A stretch of DNA of 64,000 nt from the IMG/VR virus record IMGVR_UViG_3300029698_000133, positions 8,559 through 72,558 of that record; one strand, given 5' to 3'. How positions within the stretch are numbered: position 1 is the first letter of the stretch; each line of letters opens with the position of its first letter. This DNA is from a virus. The notes below the pieces were generated by a model that saw nothing but the letters and a program-made list of their open reading frames with translations, made no database searches and was not told the DNA's origin. Of the stretch, positions 54,332 through 63,816 are shown one piece after another. The translations under genes and the position numbers were made by a program.

Positions 54332-55592
54332 CTGCGTCCTCCTGTTCCGGCTGGAATGATGCCACCTCATCGAACTTCAGCTTTTGACCGCTACGGAGGA
54401 CATACACATCCTCGTAGCGGTCTGCGCTGTGCTCGATATAGCGCTTGACGATGACATCCACGAATTTGGGGTCAAGCTCAATGCCCCGGCACACCCGGTC
54501 AGTCTCCTCACAGGCGATCAAAGTCGAGCCGCTGCCGAGGAAGGGGTCAAGGACGATGCCGTTGGTCATGGTGGAGTTGCGGATGGGATAGCTCATCAGG
54601 CCGATGGGCTTCATGGTCGGGTGATCCTTGTTGGCCTTGGGACGGTCGTACTCCCAGATGGTGGTCTGCTTACGGTCGGAGTACCACTGGTGCTTGCCCT
54701 TCAGTTTCCACCCATAGAGGCAGGGTTCATGCTGCCACTGATAGGGACTGCGACCCAGCACCAGAGCATTCTTTTTCCAGATACAGCACCCGGACAGATA
54801 GAATCCCGCATCCTTGAACGCCTTTCGGAAATTCAGACCTTCCGTATCGGCGTGGAAGATGTAGATGGAACCGTCATCCGCCAGATGACCGTGCATTTGC
54901 TTGAACGATGCCAGCAGGAACTCGTAGAATTCCGAGTCGCCCATGTTGTCGTTCATGATCTTACCGGCCGTTTCTTCCACATCTACATTGTACGGGGGAT
55001 CGGAAAGCACAAGGTTGGCCTTCACGCCGTCCATCAGGGTATCGTAGCACTCCGCCTTCGTGGAATCACCGCACAGAACACGGTGCCGGCCCAGCATCCA
55101 AAGGTCACCTGCCTGCGAGAAGGTCGGCTGTTTCAGCTCAGATTCCACATCGAAGTCATCTTCCTTGATGTCCTTGTCGTGGACCTTGTTGAACAGCGTC
55201 TCGATCTCAGGCGGCTCAAAGCCCGTCTTGCCCAAGTCGAAGTTGGAGTTCTCGATATCTTTCAGCAGGTCAGCCAGCAGGGAATCATCCCATGCGCCGG
55301 TGATCTTGTTGAGCGCGATGTTCAGAGCTTTTTCTCGGGTCTTGTCGATGTCCACCACCGCACAAGGCACTTCAATATAGCCCAGTGCCATTGCAACGGT
55401 CAGGCGTTGATGGCCGCCGATGATCGTCATATCGGCATTGACCACCAGCGGATCGGCAAAACCGAACTCCTCAATGGAGTTTTTGATCTTCTCGTACTCC
55501 TTGTCCCCCGGCTTCAGCTTTTTCCGGGGATTGTATGCCGCCGGCTTGAGTACGGACACCGGCAGCATTTTCAGTTCAGCAGTTGCTTTCAT
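54324..55592 (-). CDS. ParB-like nuclease domain fused to an N6A/N4C DNA methyltransferase
   Basis: N-terminal ParB box (IIGGHQRLTVA), SDPPYN motif IV, C-terminal LDPFLGSGST motif I. Confidence 0.8.
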   Translation of the reverse strand: MKATAELKMLPVSVLKPAAYNPRKKLKPGDKEYEKIKNSIEEFGFADPLVVNADMTIIGGHQRLTVAMALGYIEVPCAVVDIDKTREKALNIALNKITGAWDDSLLADLLKDIENSNFDLGKTGFEPPEIETLFNKVHDKDIKEDDFDVESELKQPTFSQAGDLWMLGRHRVLCGDSTKAECYDTLMDGVKANLVLSDPPYNVDVEETAGKIMNDNMGDSEFYEFLLASFKQMHGHLADDGSIYIFHADTEGLNFRKAFKDAGFYLSGCCIWKKNALVLGRSPYQWQHEPCLYGWKLKGKHQWYSDRKQTTIWEYDRPKANKDHPTMKPIGLMSYPIRNSTMTNGIVLDPFLGSGSTLIACEETDRVCRGIELDPKFVDVIVKRYIEHSADRYEDVYVLRSGQKLKFDEVASFQPEQEDADD

Positions 55593-55836
55593 GTAGTTCC
55601 TCCCAGTTTAGATTCACACACGCATGACCTCAGAGAACGGAACAAAAAAGGAGCCGAACTCAAAGCCCGACTCCAGTTCATCGCTGTCCCCGCCCATCTC
55701 CGACTGCGGTTTTTCCGTAATCGGATACCATTCCGGGGCTATCCCGTTCATGGAAGCAAGGACTCTGTCCTCTGCATGGTCAATCTCATGTACACAGATG
55801 CCTGCGGTGTTGCAGACTGCAAATACGCCGATCACT

Positions 55837-56139
55837 TTATTTTCCAATGCTGCTTTCTCCCTTCGCCCTGCCCTTATTGGCACAGGCTCGACTGCAATAT
55901 TTTCTTGGAAGTCCGTACTGGTGGCGGTAGGAAAACTCTCTGCCGCACATCGGGCAGACCTTTGACCGCACGGTCTTCCAGTTCTGCGGTCTTGGGTGGG
56001 TGTTGTTCCACTTGGATCGGCATTCCGGGGAACAGAATTTTCTCGGTCGTCCCCGATGGTTCGGAACGATGGCAGCACCACACTGCGGACAGAAGGAAAA
56101 TGCCATGTCCTTGATCATCTCGGCCGTGTAATCTTCCAT
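55837..56139 (-). CDS. zinc-ribbon protein (two CxxC...CxxC modules)
   Basis: CPQCG...CSPECR and CPMCG...CSRACA. Confidence 0.5.
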   Translation of the reverse strand: MEDYTAEMIKDMAFSFCPQCGAAIVPNHRGRPRKFCSPECRSKWNNTHPRPQNWKTVRSKVCPMCGREFSYRHQYGLPRKYCSRACANKGRAKGESSIGK

Positions 56140-56539
56140 CCATCCTCACCCCGTCCTCATTTTTCGCCGTTTCTATGTCGGTTCCAGTGGAAAATCTCAA
56201 AAAGCATACGAAAAGAAGCGAAGCGGCAGCCGGCCCTGCCCCGCCGGGTTAGTTTGTTTTTGCGGCGTCCGGCTGCTGCTGGCTTCTCCATGTCCCGGAA
56301 CAAGCTAAAACGTGCGAAAAAGCCCATGTTGCAAGGGTTTTCACACGCTTTGGTTCATTTCGGGGGAAAACAAAAGGCACCGGAGCGTTCACCCCGATGC
56401 CCTCATCTTCACCTTGTTCATTTTGCGCCGTTAATTCCGGGACCCCCGGCCTATGAATTTTGCGTTTTTTTACACGAAAGGGGCCACCGGTCTTCTGTTG
56501 ACTTCACCACAGAGAAGTGACCCCGGCCCCCGGTGGGGG

Positions 56540-56899
56540 TCAGTAGTGGTACACCGGGTGGATGTCTTTGGTCAAAGTCTTGCGGTCATGGCATTGCTTA
56601 CACATCGGTTGCCAGTTAGCTTCGTCCCAGAAAAGTCCGGGATCGCCACGGTGCGGTGTGATATGGTCTACCACGGTGGCTTTCGTGTATCTCCCCTGCC
56701 TCATGCACTCGGCGCAGAGCGGATGGGCTTGGAGGTACTGCCTGCTTATTTTTTGCCACTGCCGTGTATAGCCACGCTTACCCGCCGGGCGTGTAACTTC
56801 CGGGTGCAGCGGCAGGTGCTTTACACAGTAGAGGTTGCCCGGCTCAACGAGCTCCGGGCAACCGGGGTGTCGGCACGGCACCTTGGGTCTGCGGGGCAC
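56540..56899 (-). CDS. HNH endonuclease
   Basis: CxxC...VDHITPH...N...CKQCHDRKT zinc-finger HNH motif. Confidence 0.8.
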   Translation of the reverse strand: MPRRPKVPCRHPGCPELVEPGNLYCVKHLPLHPEVTRPAGKRGYTRQWQKISRQYLQAHPLCAECMRQGRYTKATVVDHITPHRGDPGLFWDEANWQPMCKQCHDRKTLTKDIHPVYHY

Positions 56900-56902
56900 G
56901 GG

Positions 56903-57970
56903 TCATTCCTCCCACGGCAGACCGGGCTTGCCGAAGTGACCGTAGGCACTGACCTTGTTGTAGTCCACGTCCAGCAGCCCCAGACGCTGGATGATACCCT
57001 GCGGGGTCAGGTCGTAGCTGTCCTTGACGTAAGCCTGGATGAAGTCAAGCGGCTGGTGTTCCGTGCCGAAGCACTCCACCGCCACGCCCACCGGCTGTAC
57101 CACACCGATGGCATACGCCAGCTGGACTTCGCACTTGTCAGCGTAACCTGCCTGCACGATATCCTTGGCGATCTTCCGTGCCATATACGCTGCGGACCTG
57201 TCCACCTTGGTGGGGTCTTTGCCGCTCAGAGCACCGCCGCCCATTCGACCGATGCCCCCGTAGGTATCGCACGCCAGCTTACGGCCGGTGACACCACAGT
57301 CGGCGTAGCTGCCGCCCAGCACGAACCGGCCGGTGGGGTTCACCAGTTTCTGGAAGTTCCCGTCCAGACCGTATTCACAGGCAGCCAGCACCATCATGGA
57401 TTCGATGATGTGGCGGAAGTCGCTGACCTCCACGTCCGGGCCATGCTGCACAGAACAGAGGAAGGTGGTGATCCGGCCGGTGTCGTAGTCGTAGCTGACC
57501 TGTGCCTTGGCATCTGCCCGGAACATCTTGGACGGATGGTTCTTCAGCAGTTGCAGGAACTTGGTGGCGACCATGTAGGGGATCGGCATCTGCTCTGCCG
57601 TCTCGTTGGTGGCGTAGCCGTACATGATGCCCTGGTCACCGGCACCGCCCTTATCCACGCCCAGTGCGATATCCGGCGACTGCTTATCGACCAGGATGCC
57701 GATGCGGAGCAGTTCCCGGAAATCAAAGCCCATCTTGTCAACACCGATGCGGGTGATGACCTCATGGACGAGCTGCTGGTAGTTGGGCTGGTAGTCGGTG
57801 GTGACCTCGCCGGCAATAAAGAGCTGGCTGCGTTTCAGCAGACACTCGATTGCCACACGGGCGTTCTTGTCGTGCTGGAGGATGTCGGTCACAATGGCGT
57901 CTGCGATCTGGTCACAGATCTTGTCTGGATGACCATTGCTGACCTGCTCACAGGTGATAATCTTGCTCAT
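56903..57970 (-). CDS. metK: S-adenosylmethionine synthetase (MetK), compact 355-aa form
   Basis: GHPDKICDQI, GAGDQG, DTYGG, GGGALSGKD and KVDRSAAY motifs co-linear with bacterial MetK. Confidence 0.85.
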   Translation of the reverse strand: MSKIITCEQVSNGHPDKICDQIADAIVTDILQHDKNARVAIECLLKRSQLFIAGEVTTDYQPNYQQLVHEVITRIGVDKMGFDFRELLRIGILVDKQSPDIALGVDKGGAGDQGIMYGYATNETAEQMPIPYMVATKFLQLLKNHPSKMFRADAKAQVSYDYDTGRITTFLCSVQHGPDVEVSDFRHIIESMMVLAACEYGLDGNFQKLVNPTGRFVLGGSYADCGVTGRKLACDTYGGIGRMGGGALSGKDPTKVDRSAAYMARKIAKDIVQAGYADKCEVQLAYAIGVVQPVGVAVECFGTEHQPLDFIQAYVKDSYDLTPQGIIQRLGLLDVDYNKVSAYGHFGKPGLPWEE

Positions 57971-58077
57971 AGCTGTTCCTCGCTTTCATGTATCACAAAG
58001 CAGGCCGCCTTTGCCGTTGCCCACAAACGTAGGCTCCCACAAAAGCTGCCAGCTAAGTATCGTGTGGCTTCCATTTT

Positions 58078-58338
58078 TCTGTTGCTGGTCTGTTGCCGGT
58101 TCTTCCCTCACAAAATGAGGGGTCAGATTCTTAAAAAGCATTGTTATTACGATGTTTTTAAGGCTTTCATTCTACTCTTTTTATCTTTTGTTGCTAATGT
58201 TGCTGGTAAAAAGTAAATCGCATATAAAAGAAAAGAATAATAAAAAAATAGGGTTTTGAGTCGCAACATCAGCAACACATCCAAAAGCGCCGATATATCA
58301 GCGTTTTTTCGTTGCCGGTCTGTTGCCGATGTTGCTGG
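58078..58338. repeat. iteron-like array of TGTTGCYGRT 10-mers (direct and inverted) in an AT-rich intergenic region upstream of the primase
   Basis: At least 6 copies (58080-58100, 58189-58208, 58265-58279 inverted, 58301-58331) in the only long AT-rich non-coding stretch of the replication module. Confidence 0.5.
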
Positions 58339-58442
58339 TCGAAGCTCAGAAGCGGCCTTGCGGAGCTGCAAAAACCAACTTTTATGGTCAGGACGAGCCG
58401 CTATCACGGCTGAGTCTTGCCGCCCTTGTGGTCATGCCTAGA

Positions 58443-60851
58443 TCACTCCGGCACTACATTGAAGTCGCCTTTTGTGGTTTCGGAGAGGCAGAACTCCACG
58501 CCCAAAACGATCTGTGTCGTACTGCCGACACCATCCGCCGGACGCTTTTTCTGAACGGTGTACCTCTTGTCGATCTCGGCATTCAGCGCCTTGGCCGAGT
58601 CTGCCCTGTACCCGTTTTCAGCACACCATTCCTTGTAGCGTGTATAAACGGCAGCACGGCGAAGCTCACTATCTGCTTTCGGTTGGAGACATTCACTGAA
58701 GAACTGCCCCATCTTATCCGAGAACATCTGGTAGTCCATGGTGGCCTGCACGACAGAATCCGGCATCTCCAGACCCTGACTGCGAAACAACTTATACCCT
58801 TCCAGCATCCAGTTCAGGATACCAGACATATTTTCCGGTTCCGCAAAGAAGCCCTTCAATCCCTTATCCTGCTCTTTTTCATCAAAGTGGCGGTCAAAGG
58901 GAATGATTTTGATACGACCGGACTCGAACAAGGTCAGGTCCGTGATGTTCGGACGGTGGTTCGTGTTGATGAAGATCTTGAAGTTCGGACGGAACTCGAA
59001 GCTATTCTCATGCAAATATCGGGCCGTAATGGTGTCGTTACCAGTCAGGCGTTTGGTCAGGGCAGCATCCAGCGTGATCTTCTTCTCCGGCTCTGAGATA
59101 TTGACAAACCGGGAGCCGGCAAGGCGAGCGATTTCCTCAGACGGTCCACCACTTTGGGCATTGAACTTTGCCTGCAGCATGGTGGGGTCGGCGTTTTTGC
59201 CGTACTCGCCCATGATCCGCAGGATGCTTTCCATGGTGGTACCCTTGCCATTTCGGGAAGTAGGACCATAGAGGATGAACAGACATTCCATCCTCGTATC
59301 GCCAGTCAAGGCATATCCGATGGCTTTTTGCAGATAGTCGGCTCTCGCCTTATCCCCTTGCATGATCTCTGTGATGAAAGTCCGCCAGCGAGGGCAGTCT
59401 GCTTTCGGGTCATAGATGACCGGAGACACCTTTGTGAGGTAGTCGTCCGGGCGGTGTTCCCGGAACTCCATCGTCCGCAGATCCAGCGTTCCGTTCTGGC
59501 AGTTGAACAGGTAGATGTCCCGGTCGTAGTGTTTCATGGACAGTGGAAACACAGACTTTGCATCCTTCAGCATGGTTTCCCGATGCTTTCGGAGCTGGAG
59601 CTTCCGCACCCGGTCGATGAATCGCTTTCGGGCATCCTCCTCTGTGATCGTCAGGGCAAACACATACAGCTTGTCCGCCAGCAGCTTCGCCAGTTCCGCC
59701 ACCTTGAGGTTTTCGGTGTCCGGCTGCCAGACCTTCCCGTCATAGACATACCAGATGCCGCGCTCACTGTTATACCGGGCGATGGGCTTGAAGAAATCGG
59801 CAAACATATTGCCCATGCCGATCTCATCCCTGCCGTATCTGGGATTGGTGTGCGGAGCCATCTCATCCAGTGACAGGGTGAGCTTTGTGATGTCCGGCTG
59901 GAACTCCGGGGATTTAGACTCCGGGTCAAGGTTTGTGAACTCCTCGTCCACGATGTCCTGTGCGTTGACTGGAACGTACACCGCTGCACAGGTGTTGACG
60001 GTGTTCCGAATGGAGATCGCACCGTAAGTCGTACCGGCCTGCCGACGATCCCACTTGTCACGCATCAGGCCGGAGGTGCGAAAGATGCGGTCCATCTGTT
60101 CTTCATCGCAGCCGCACCAGAACGCAAGGATGGACAGAAGTGCCATGTCCGCATCCGACTGGCTGTCATAGAGTTCTTCCCAGTCACCGGCATAGAGCTT
60201 CTTGAACTTGTCACCGTTGCTGGCCTCCTCTGCGTGGGCAATGACTGCGTCATCGTCCAGATACGAGTGATGCCGAAGCTGGGTGTTCTGCACCTGCTTG
60301 TTGCGCTTCATCAGCGAATCCAGCAAGGTGGTCATCGCCGTCTCATCGTTGGGGATCTCCCCTGTGCGGTAAACATCTCCCGTCACGGTGACGAAGCGGT
60401 TTGTCGCACCGGGCATATACACTTCCAGCCCTTTGCTTCGGTTGTTGATGTAATAGACTGTCTTGTCGTAGATAAAATCTTCCGGCACACCAAAAAAGCC
60501 TCGCAGTCCCTTACCGGACGGAGACTTCTCAACGTATGCCGTGGGGAAAATGGAAAGGACGGTCGCTGCTGTGTCGTTCAGCGTCCCATCCTCTCTGAAA
60601 CAGTGGTCGATATCAAAAGCACCGATGCCGTTGCCGACCGCAATGCCGATGCCGTCGTACCCGCCCATGGCATAGGTCATGAGGGTAGTCTTGAAATCGG
60701 CAAATGTGCGCAGGTCGTTGATTCTGGCACGGTCACCGTTGGCCGGGTTGTACGGCATCTTGGTCTTCTGACCGCTTCGCTTTTCAAACTTCCAGACGCA
60801 GAACCGGCAGTCACTTTTCAGTCTCGCAGGGATATTTTTGATGTCTACCAC
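58443..60851 (-). CDS. bifunctional primase-polymerase / P4(D5)-type helicase (phage primase)
   Basis: N-terminal prim-pol domain (GIGIAVG...FDIDH), C-terminal D5_N plus SF3-type Walker A ILYGPTSRNGKGT; 802 aa. Confidence 0.85.
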   Translation of the reverse strand: MVDIKNIPARLKSDCRFCVWKFEKRSGQKTKMPYNPANGDRARINDLRTFADFKTTLMTYAMGGYDGIGIAVGNGIGAFDIDHCFREDGTLNDTAATVLSIFPTAYVEKSPSGKGLRGFFGVPEDFIYDKTVYYINNRSKGLEVYMPGATNRFVTVTGDVYRTGEIPNDETAMTTLLDSLMKRNKQVQNTQLRHHSYLDDDAVIAHAEEASNGDKFKKLYAGDWEELYDSQSDADMALLSILAFWCGCDEEQMDRIFRTSGLMRDKWDRRQAGTTYGAISIRNTVNTCAAVYVPVNAQDIVDEEFTNLDPESKSPEFQPDITKLTLSLDEMAPHTNPRYGRDEIGMGNMFADFFKPIARYNSERGIWYVYDGKVWQPDTENLKVAELAKLLADKLYVFALTITEEDARKRFIDRVRKLQLRKHRETMLKDAKSVFPLSMKHYDRDIYLFNCQNGTLDLRTMEFREHRPDDYLTKVSPVIYDPKADCPRWRTFITEIMQGDKARADYLQKAIGYALTGDTRMECLFILYGPTSRNGKGTTMESILRIMGEYGKNADPTMLQAKFNAQSGGPSEEIARLAGSRFVNISEPEKKITLDAALTKRLTGNDTITARYLHENSFEFRPNFKIFINTNHRPNITDLTLFESGRIKIIPFDRHFDEKEQDKGLKGFFAEPENMSGILNWMLEGYKLFRSQGLEMPDSVVQATMDYQMFSDKMGQFFSECLQPKADSELRRAAVYTRYKEWCAENGYRADSAKALNAEIDKRYTVQKKRPADGVGSTTQIVLGVEFCLSETTKGDFNVVPE

Positions 60852-61411
60852 GTTCTCGCCTCCTTCTTGGTAGTAGTGTCGGCAGTGCCCATGTTAAAGA
60901 ACACCACGATTGCCAGCTCCACTTCCCTCTGCTTGGCGGTAGAGGTCAAGCTGCCCAGCTTGTTCAGCAGGGCGTTCTTTCCGATGGTCGTGACCTGCTC
61001 TGCCAGTGCGACAGAGTTGCGCAGATACGCATGGTCATTGATCATCTGGCAGTCTGCCTCTGCAATCTGGATGTGCGTGGGCAGACCCAGCTTCTTCTGC
61101 ACGGTGGTCAGGGGGATCACCGTGAGCGTGCTGGAAAACCGATTTGCCACATCGTTGCTGATGACCAGCACAGGGCGGCTGCCGCTTTGCACGGAACTGC
61201 CGTAATGGTTGCCCAGCTCGGCAAACCAGATCTCGAACCGCTGCACGATCTGCTGCGGAGAATCCTGCTGCGATATGTCCTGCCGCAACGCTTCCTTCTG
61301 GGCAGACTTTTCAGTCCGGGCTGTGCGCTGCTTGCGCAGCAGCCGCCCTTTCTGGTTGATGTATTTATTCACATGAGGTCTTGAACGACCGTTTTTATTC
61401 TTGCGACCCAA
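60845..61411 (-). CDS. MazF/PemK-family endoribonuclease-like protein with about 55-aa basic N-terminal extension
   Basis: EIWFAELG...GSRPVLVISNDVANRFSSTLTVIPLTT...LPTHIQI matches the PemK/MazF fold signature; 7-nt overlap with the primase start. Confidence 0.6.
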   Translation of the reverse strand: MGRKNKNGRSRPHVNKYINQKGRLLRKQRTARTEKSAQKEALRQDISQQDSPQQIVQRFEIWFAELGNHYGSSVQSGSRPVLVISNDVANRFSSTLTVIPLTTVQKKLGLPTHIQIAEADCQMINDHAYLRNSVALAEQVTTIGKNALLNKLGSLTSTAKQREVELAIVVFFNMGTADTTTKKEARTW

Positions 61412-61668
61412 TGAAAACTCACCTTTTTTCCCGGTCGATAGACCTTAGGTTGATGTAAAAGTAAAAAGCCGGACAGAGAAGGCACAGCTTTGGCGGCGAA
61501 TCGATCGCCGCAACAAAAAAGCCGAAGCAAAATCATTTCTGACTGCCTCGGCAATACGTTTCTCTATCCAGCTTTTCCAGTATAAATTATACCAAATTGC
61601 GGACGTACCGTAAACAAGAAAAATGTTCAATCAAGTACGGTCGGCGTACAACGATGCTCGGAAAGTGT

Positions 61669-62121
61669 TCACTTTCCAAGAATAATTTTTTCCTTGCTTT
61701 CAAGATCCGGGAGAATCTTCTCCAGTTCCCTGGCAAACCCCCGGATTCCGACCTTCTTGTAGTGCGTTGCCGTGGTGCGGCTCATGGTCTTACCGCAGCC
61801 AATCTCGATAGCTTTGAGGGGTTGGCCCCGGATGAAATGCTGCTCCAGCACCATCCGTGCCTTGAATGGCTCCACCTTCTGCAAAGCGATATTGAAGTCT
61901 CGCCGCCACTGATAGGCCATGAGGCAGCGTGTCGAAGTGTCCGCCGCCAGCTTCTCGTACATGGCTTTCTCCTTTGGATAAATTGCTTCATTTTCTGACT
62001 TTGCGTGCTTGTGGAGTTCAGCCTGGGCTTTCTGCTCTTCGGCTTCAATCATGCGGTATTTCTCGCAAGCAGAGACCACTGTGGCAAGCATGGCCTCCGT
62101 TACCTTCTCTGTATCTTTCAA
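61669..62121 (-). CDS. putative phage transcriptional regulator (sigma-70 region-4-like HTH; ArpU/RinA-like?)
   Basis: C-terminal LKAIEIGCGKTMSRTTATHYKKVGIRGFA HTH; 150 aa. Confidence 0.35.
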   Translation of the reverse strand: MKDTEKVTEAMLATVVSACEKYRMIEAEEQKAQAELHKHAKSENEAIYPKEKAMYEKLAADTSTRCLMAYQWRRDFNIALQKVEPFKARMVLEQHFIRGQPLKAIEIGCGKTMSRTTATHYKKVGIRGFARELEKILPDLESKEKIILGK

Positions 62122-62123
62122 AA

Positions 62124-62678
62124 TTACGCCTCCAATCGTTCCAGCGTCTGGGCAATTCCAGTAAGTGCCCTCTCCCGCTCAGCCTCCACGGTCTTCCGAC
62201 CCAGCGGTTTCCCGGCACCGTCCTCCACCGTGGGGATGGCTTTCCGCTGCACAAAGAGCTGCTGGGCAACGAGCTGTGTCCGCCCTCGCAGACTGCGCAA
62301 CCCGATTTCAAACAACTCGATTTCCTCACAGACCCGGCGGTACGGAGTGATCAGCTCCTCATCCCGTCGCTCCTGAATTTCCCGGTTCATGGATGCCAGC
62401 ACCTTGTCGCAGTTGAGGACGGTGCGCTCCACCGGGTTGGATGTGCCGCTGGTATGGACACGCTCGCCCTGCTCATGCGCTCCCTGCGACAGCTTGTAGA
62501 TGACCTCGTCCCGGGTATAGAACCATGCATGGGATTCATCGATCTGCCGCTTGAGTTCCTGCTTTCTCGCCAGAAGCTGTGGATAGGAATCGGCCAGTTC
62601 TCTGGCTTTTTCCATATAATCCGGTGCCCCAACAGAGGTCTGCATCTCACCGGGATGTGTTTCTTCGCTCATGGTCAA
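62124..62678 (-). CDS. hypothetical protein (184 aa)
   Basis: ORF with coiled-coil character; operon position. Confidence 0.45.
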   Translation of the reverse strand: MTMSEETHPGEMQTSVGAPDYMEKARELADSYPQLLARKQELKRQIDESHAWFYTRDEVIYKLSQGAHEQGERVHTSGTSNPVERTVLNCDKVLASMNREIQERRDEELITPYRRVCEEIELFEIGLRSLRGRTQLVAQQLFVQRKAIPTVEDGAGKPLGRKTVEAERERALTGIAQTLERLEA

Positions 62679-62705
62679 GCCCTCCTTTCTGACCGATGTT
62701 CTGTA

Positions 62706-63035
62706 TCACATGACTGCCGCAGCCGAGAGATTCTTTTTAGCAGCTTTTCTCTCGGCTCGTTCCCGTGCCTTTACCCTGCCTCGCTCCCAGCGTTCAACAT
62801 TGATATCTGCCTGCCGCTTTGCCTCCTGCATGAGGATCGCAGGGTCCAAATCGGTCAGGGTGCGATACCACTTCGAGTGGAAGAATCGCTCCAGTTTCTT
62901 TTTGCTGGACCGGTGTTTCCATTCTTCCGGCTCCTGCACCAGCTTGAACAGTGCCTTCCGATAATCCTTGAATGCCTGCAAAACGATGGCGTTTGCCAGT
63001 TCTGCATAGCACTCGGCATACTCAACATTTCCCAT
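62706..63035 (-). CDS. hypothetical protein (about 109 aa)
   Basis: RBS AAGGAG before MGNVEYAE. Confidence 0.45.
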   Translation of the reverse strand: MGNVEYAECYAELANAIVLQAFKDYRKALFKLVQEPEEWKHRSSKKKLERFFHSKWYRTLTDLDPAILMQEAKRQADINVERWERGRVKARERAERKAAKKNLSAAAVM

Positions 63036-63816
63036 CGGCGTGCTCCTTGCTGTTCTTGCGAACCCCACTGACTGTGTCATACCAAGGCTCCGGCACCTGA
63101 TCCTTGGTCATCCCAAAGCGGTAGATGCAGATGATGTGCCATGCAGCTTCGTACATCATGTCCAGCACTCTGCGGTTAGGTTCCGGCAGGGCTGCGGCAT
63201 ACTGAATGAAGTCCTCCATAAACCGGGATTCCTGCAGGTTCTTCGTTCCGCCGTTCTTCTGGCGTGCAATGATAACCTCGGCAAACCGGAAGCATCTCTT
63301 TTTGTTCTGCTGGATCCAGTCGTATTTCCAGGTGACAGCGTTCAAGATGGCCTTGCGCTGCTCCTGCGTGGTGACCTTGGGCGCATCGACCGACACGCCC
63401 TTCTCCGTCATCCGAGTGTAGTGCTCCATTGCCCGATCTTCCTTGCACATGTGTATCTGGCAGCGAATCTCGTTCAGGCGTGTGCTGCACATCATCTGCT
63501 CGATCGTGTGCTCATAGGCTTCCTTCATCAAGAAGTCGAGGTTCATTTTGAGGTCTGCACAGCGGCGCACCGGGTTATCGCCCAGCAGCTCACAGAGCAA
63601 GCCCGGCACTTGGATGGGGCGGAACATCGCATACGGAACAAAGAACCCCACCTCATCCCGCTTGGGCTTCGTGCCCGTCACGGGAGCCGCTTTCTTGTAG
63701 ACGTACTCCCGAGTTCCGGCATTCGTCTCCGATGCCGCCATGCGGTCGGCTTCCTTCAAAAACAAAATCTTATCCATTCTCTTTCCTCCGAACGATCTCT
63801 TTCCTCGTGTTTTCAT
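63022..63816 (-). CDS. hypothetical protein (264 aa)
   Basis: ATGA overlap with the upstream helicase gene stop. Confidence 0.45.
   Translation of the reverse strand: MKTRGKRSFGGKRMDKILFLKEADRMAASETNAGTREYVYKKAAPVTGTKPKRDEVGFFVPYAMFRPIQVPGLLCELLGDNPVRRCADLKMNLDFLMKEAYEHTIEQMMCSTRLNEIRCQIHMCKEDRAMEHYTRMTEKGVSVDAPKVTTQEQRKAILNAVTWKYDWIQQNKKRCFRFAEVIIARQKNGGTKNLQESRFMEDFIQYAAALPEPNRRVLDMMYEAAWHIICIYRFGMTKDQVPEPWYDTVSGVRKNSKEHADGKC

Noticed and set aside
55614-56081. 155-aa minus-strand ORF overlapping the zinc-ribbon gene
   Set aside because: A different frame of the same region; the zinc-ribbon ORF (55837-56139) has the coherent CxxC motif pattern and an RBS, so it was preferred. A short ORF in 55614-55750 could not be supported
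56453-58216. 587-aa plus-strand ORF spanning the HNH and metK genes
   Set aside because: Antisense to two genes with unambiguous motifs; no RBS
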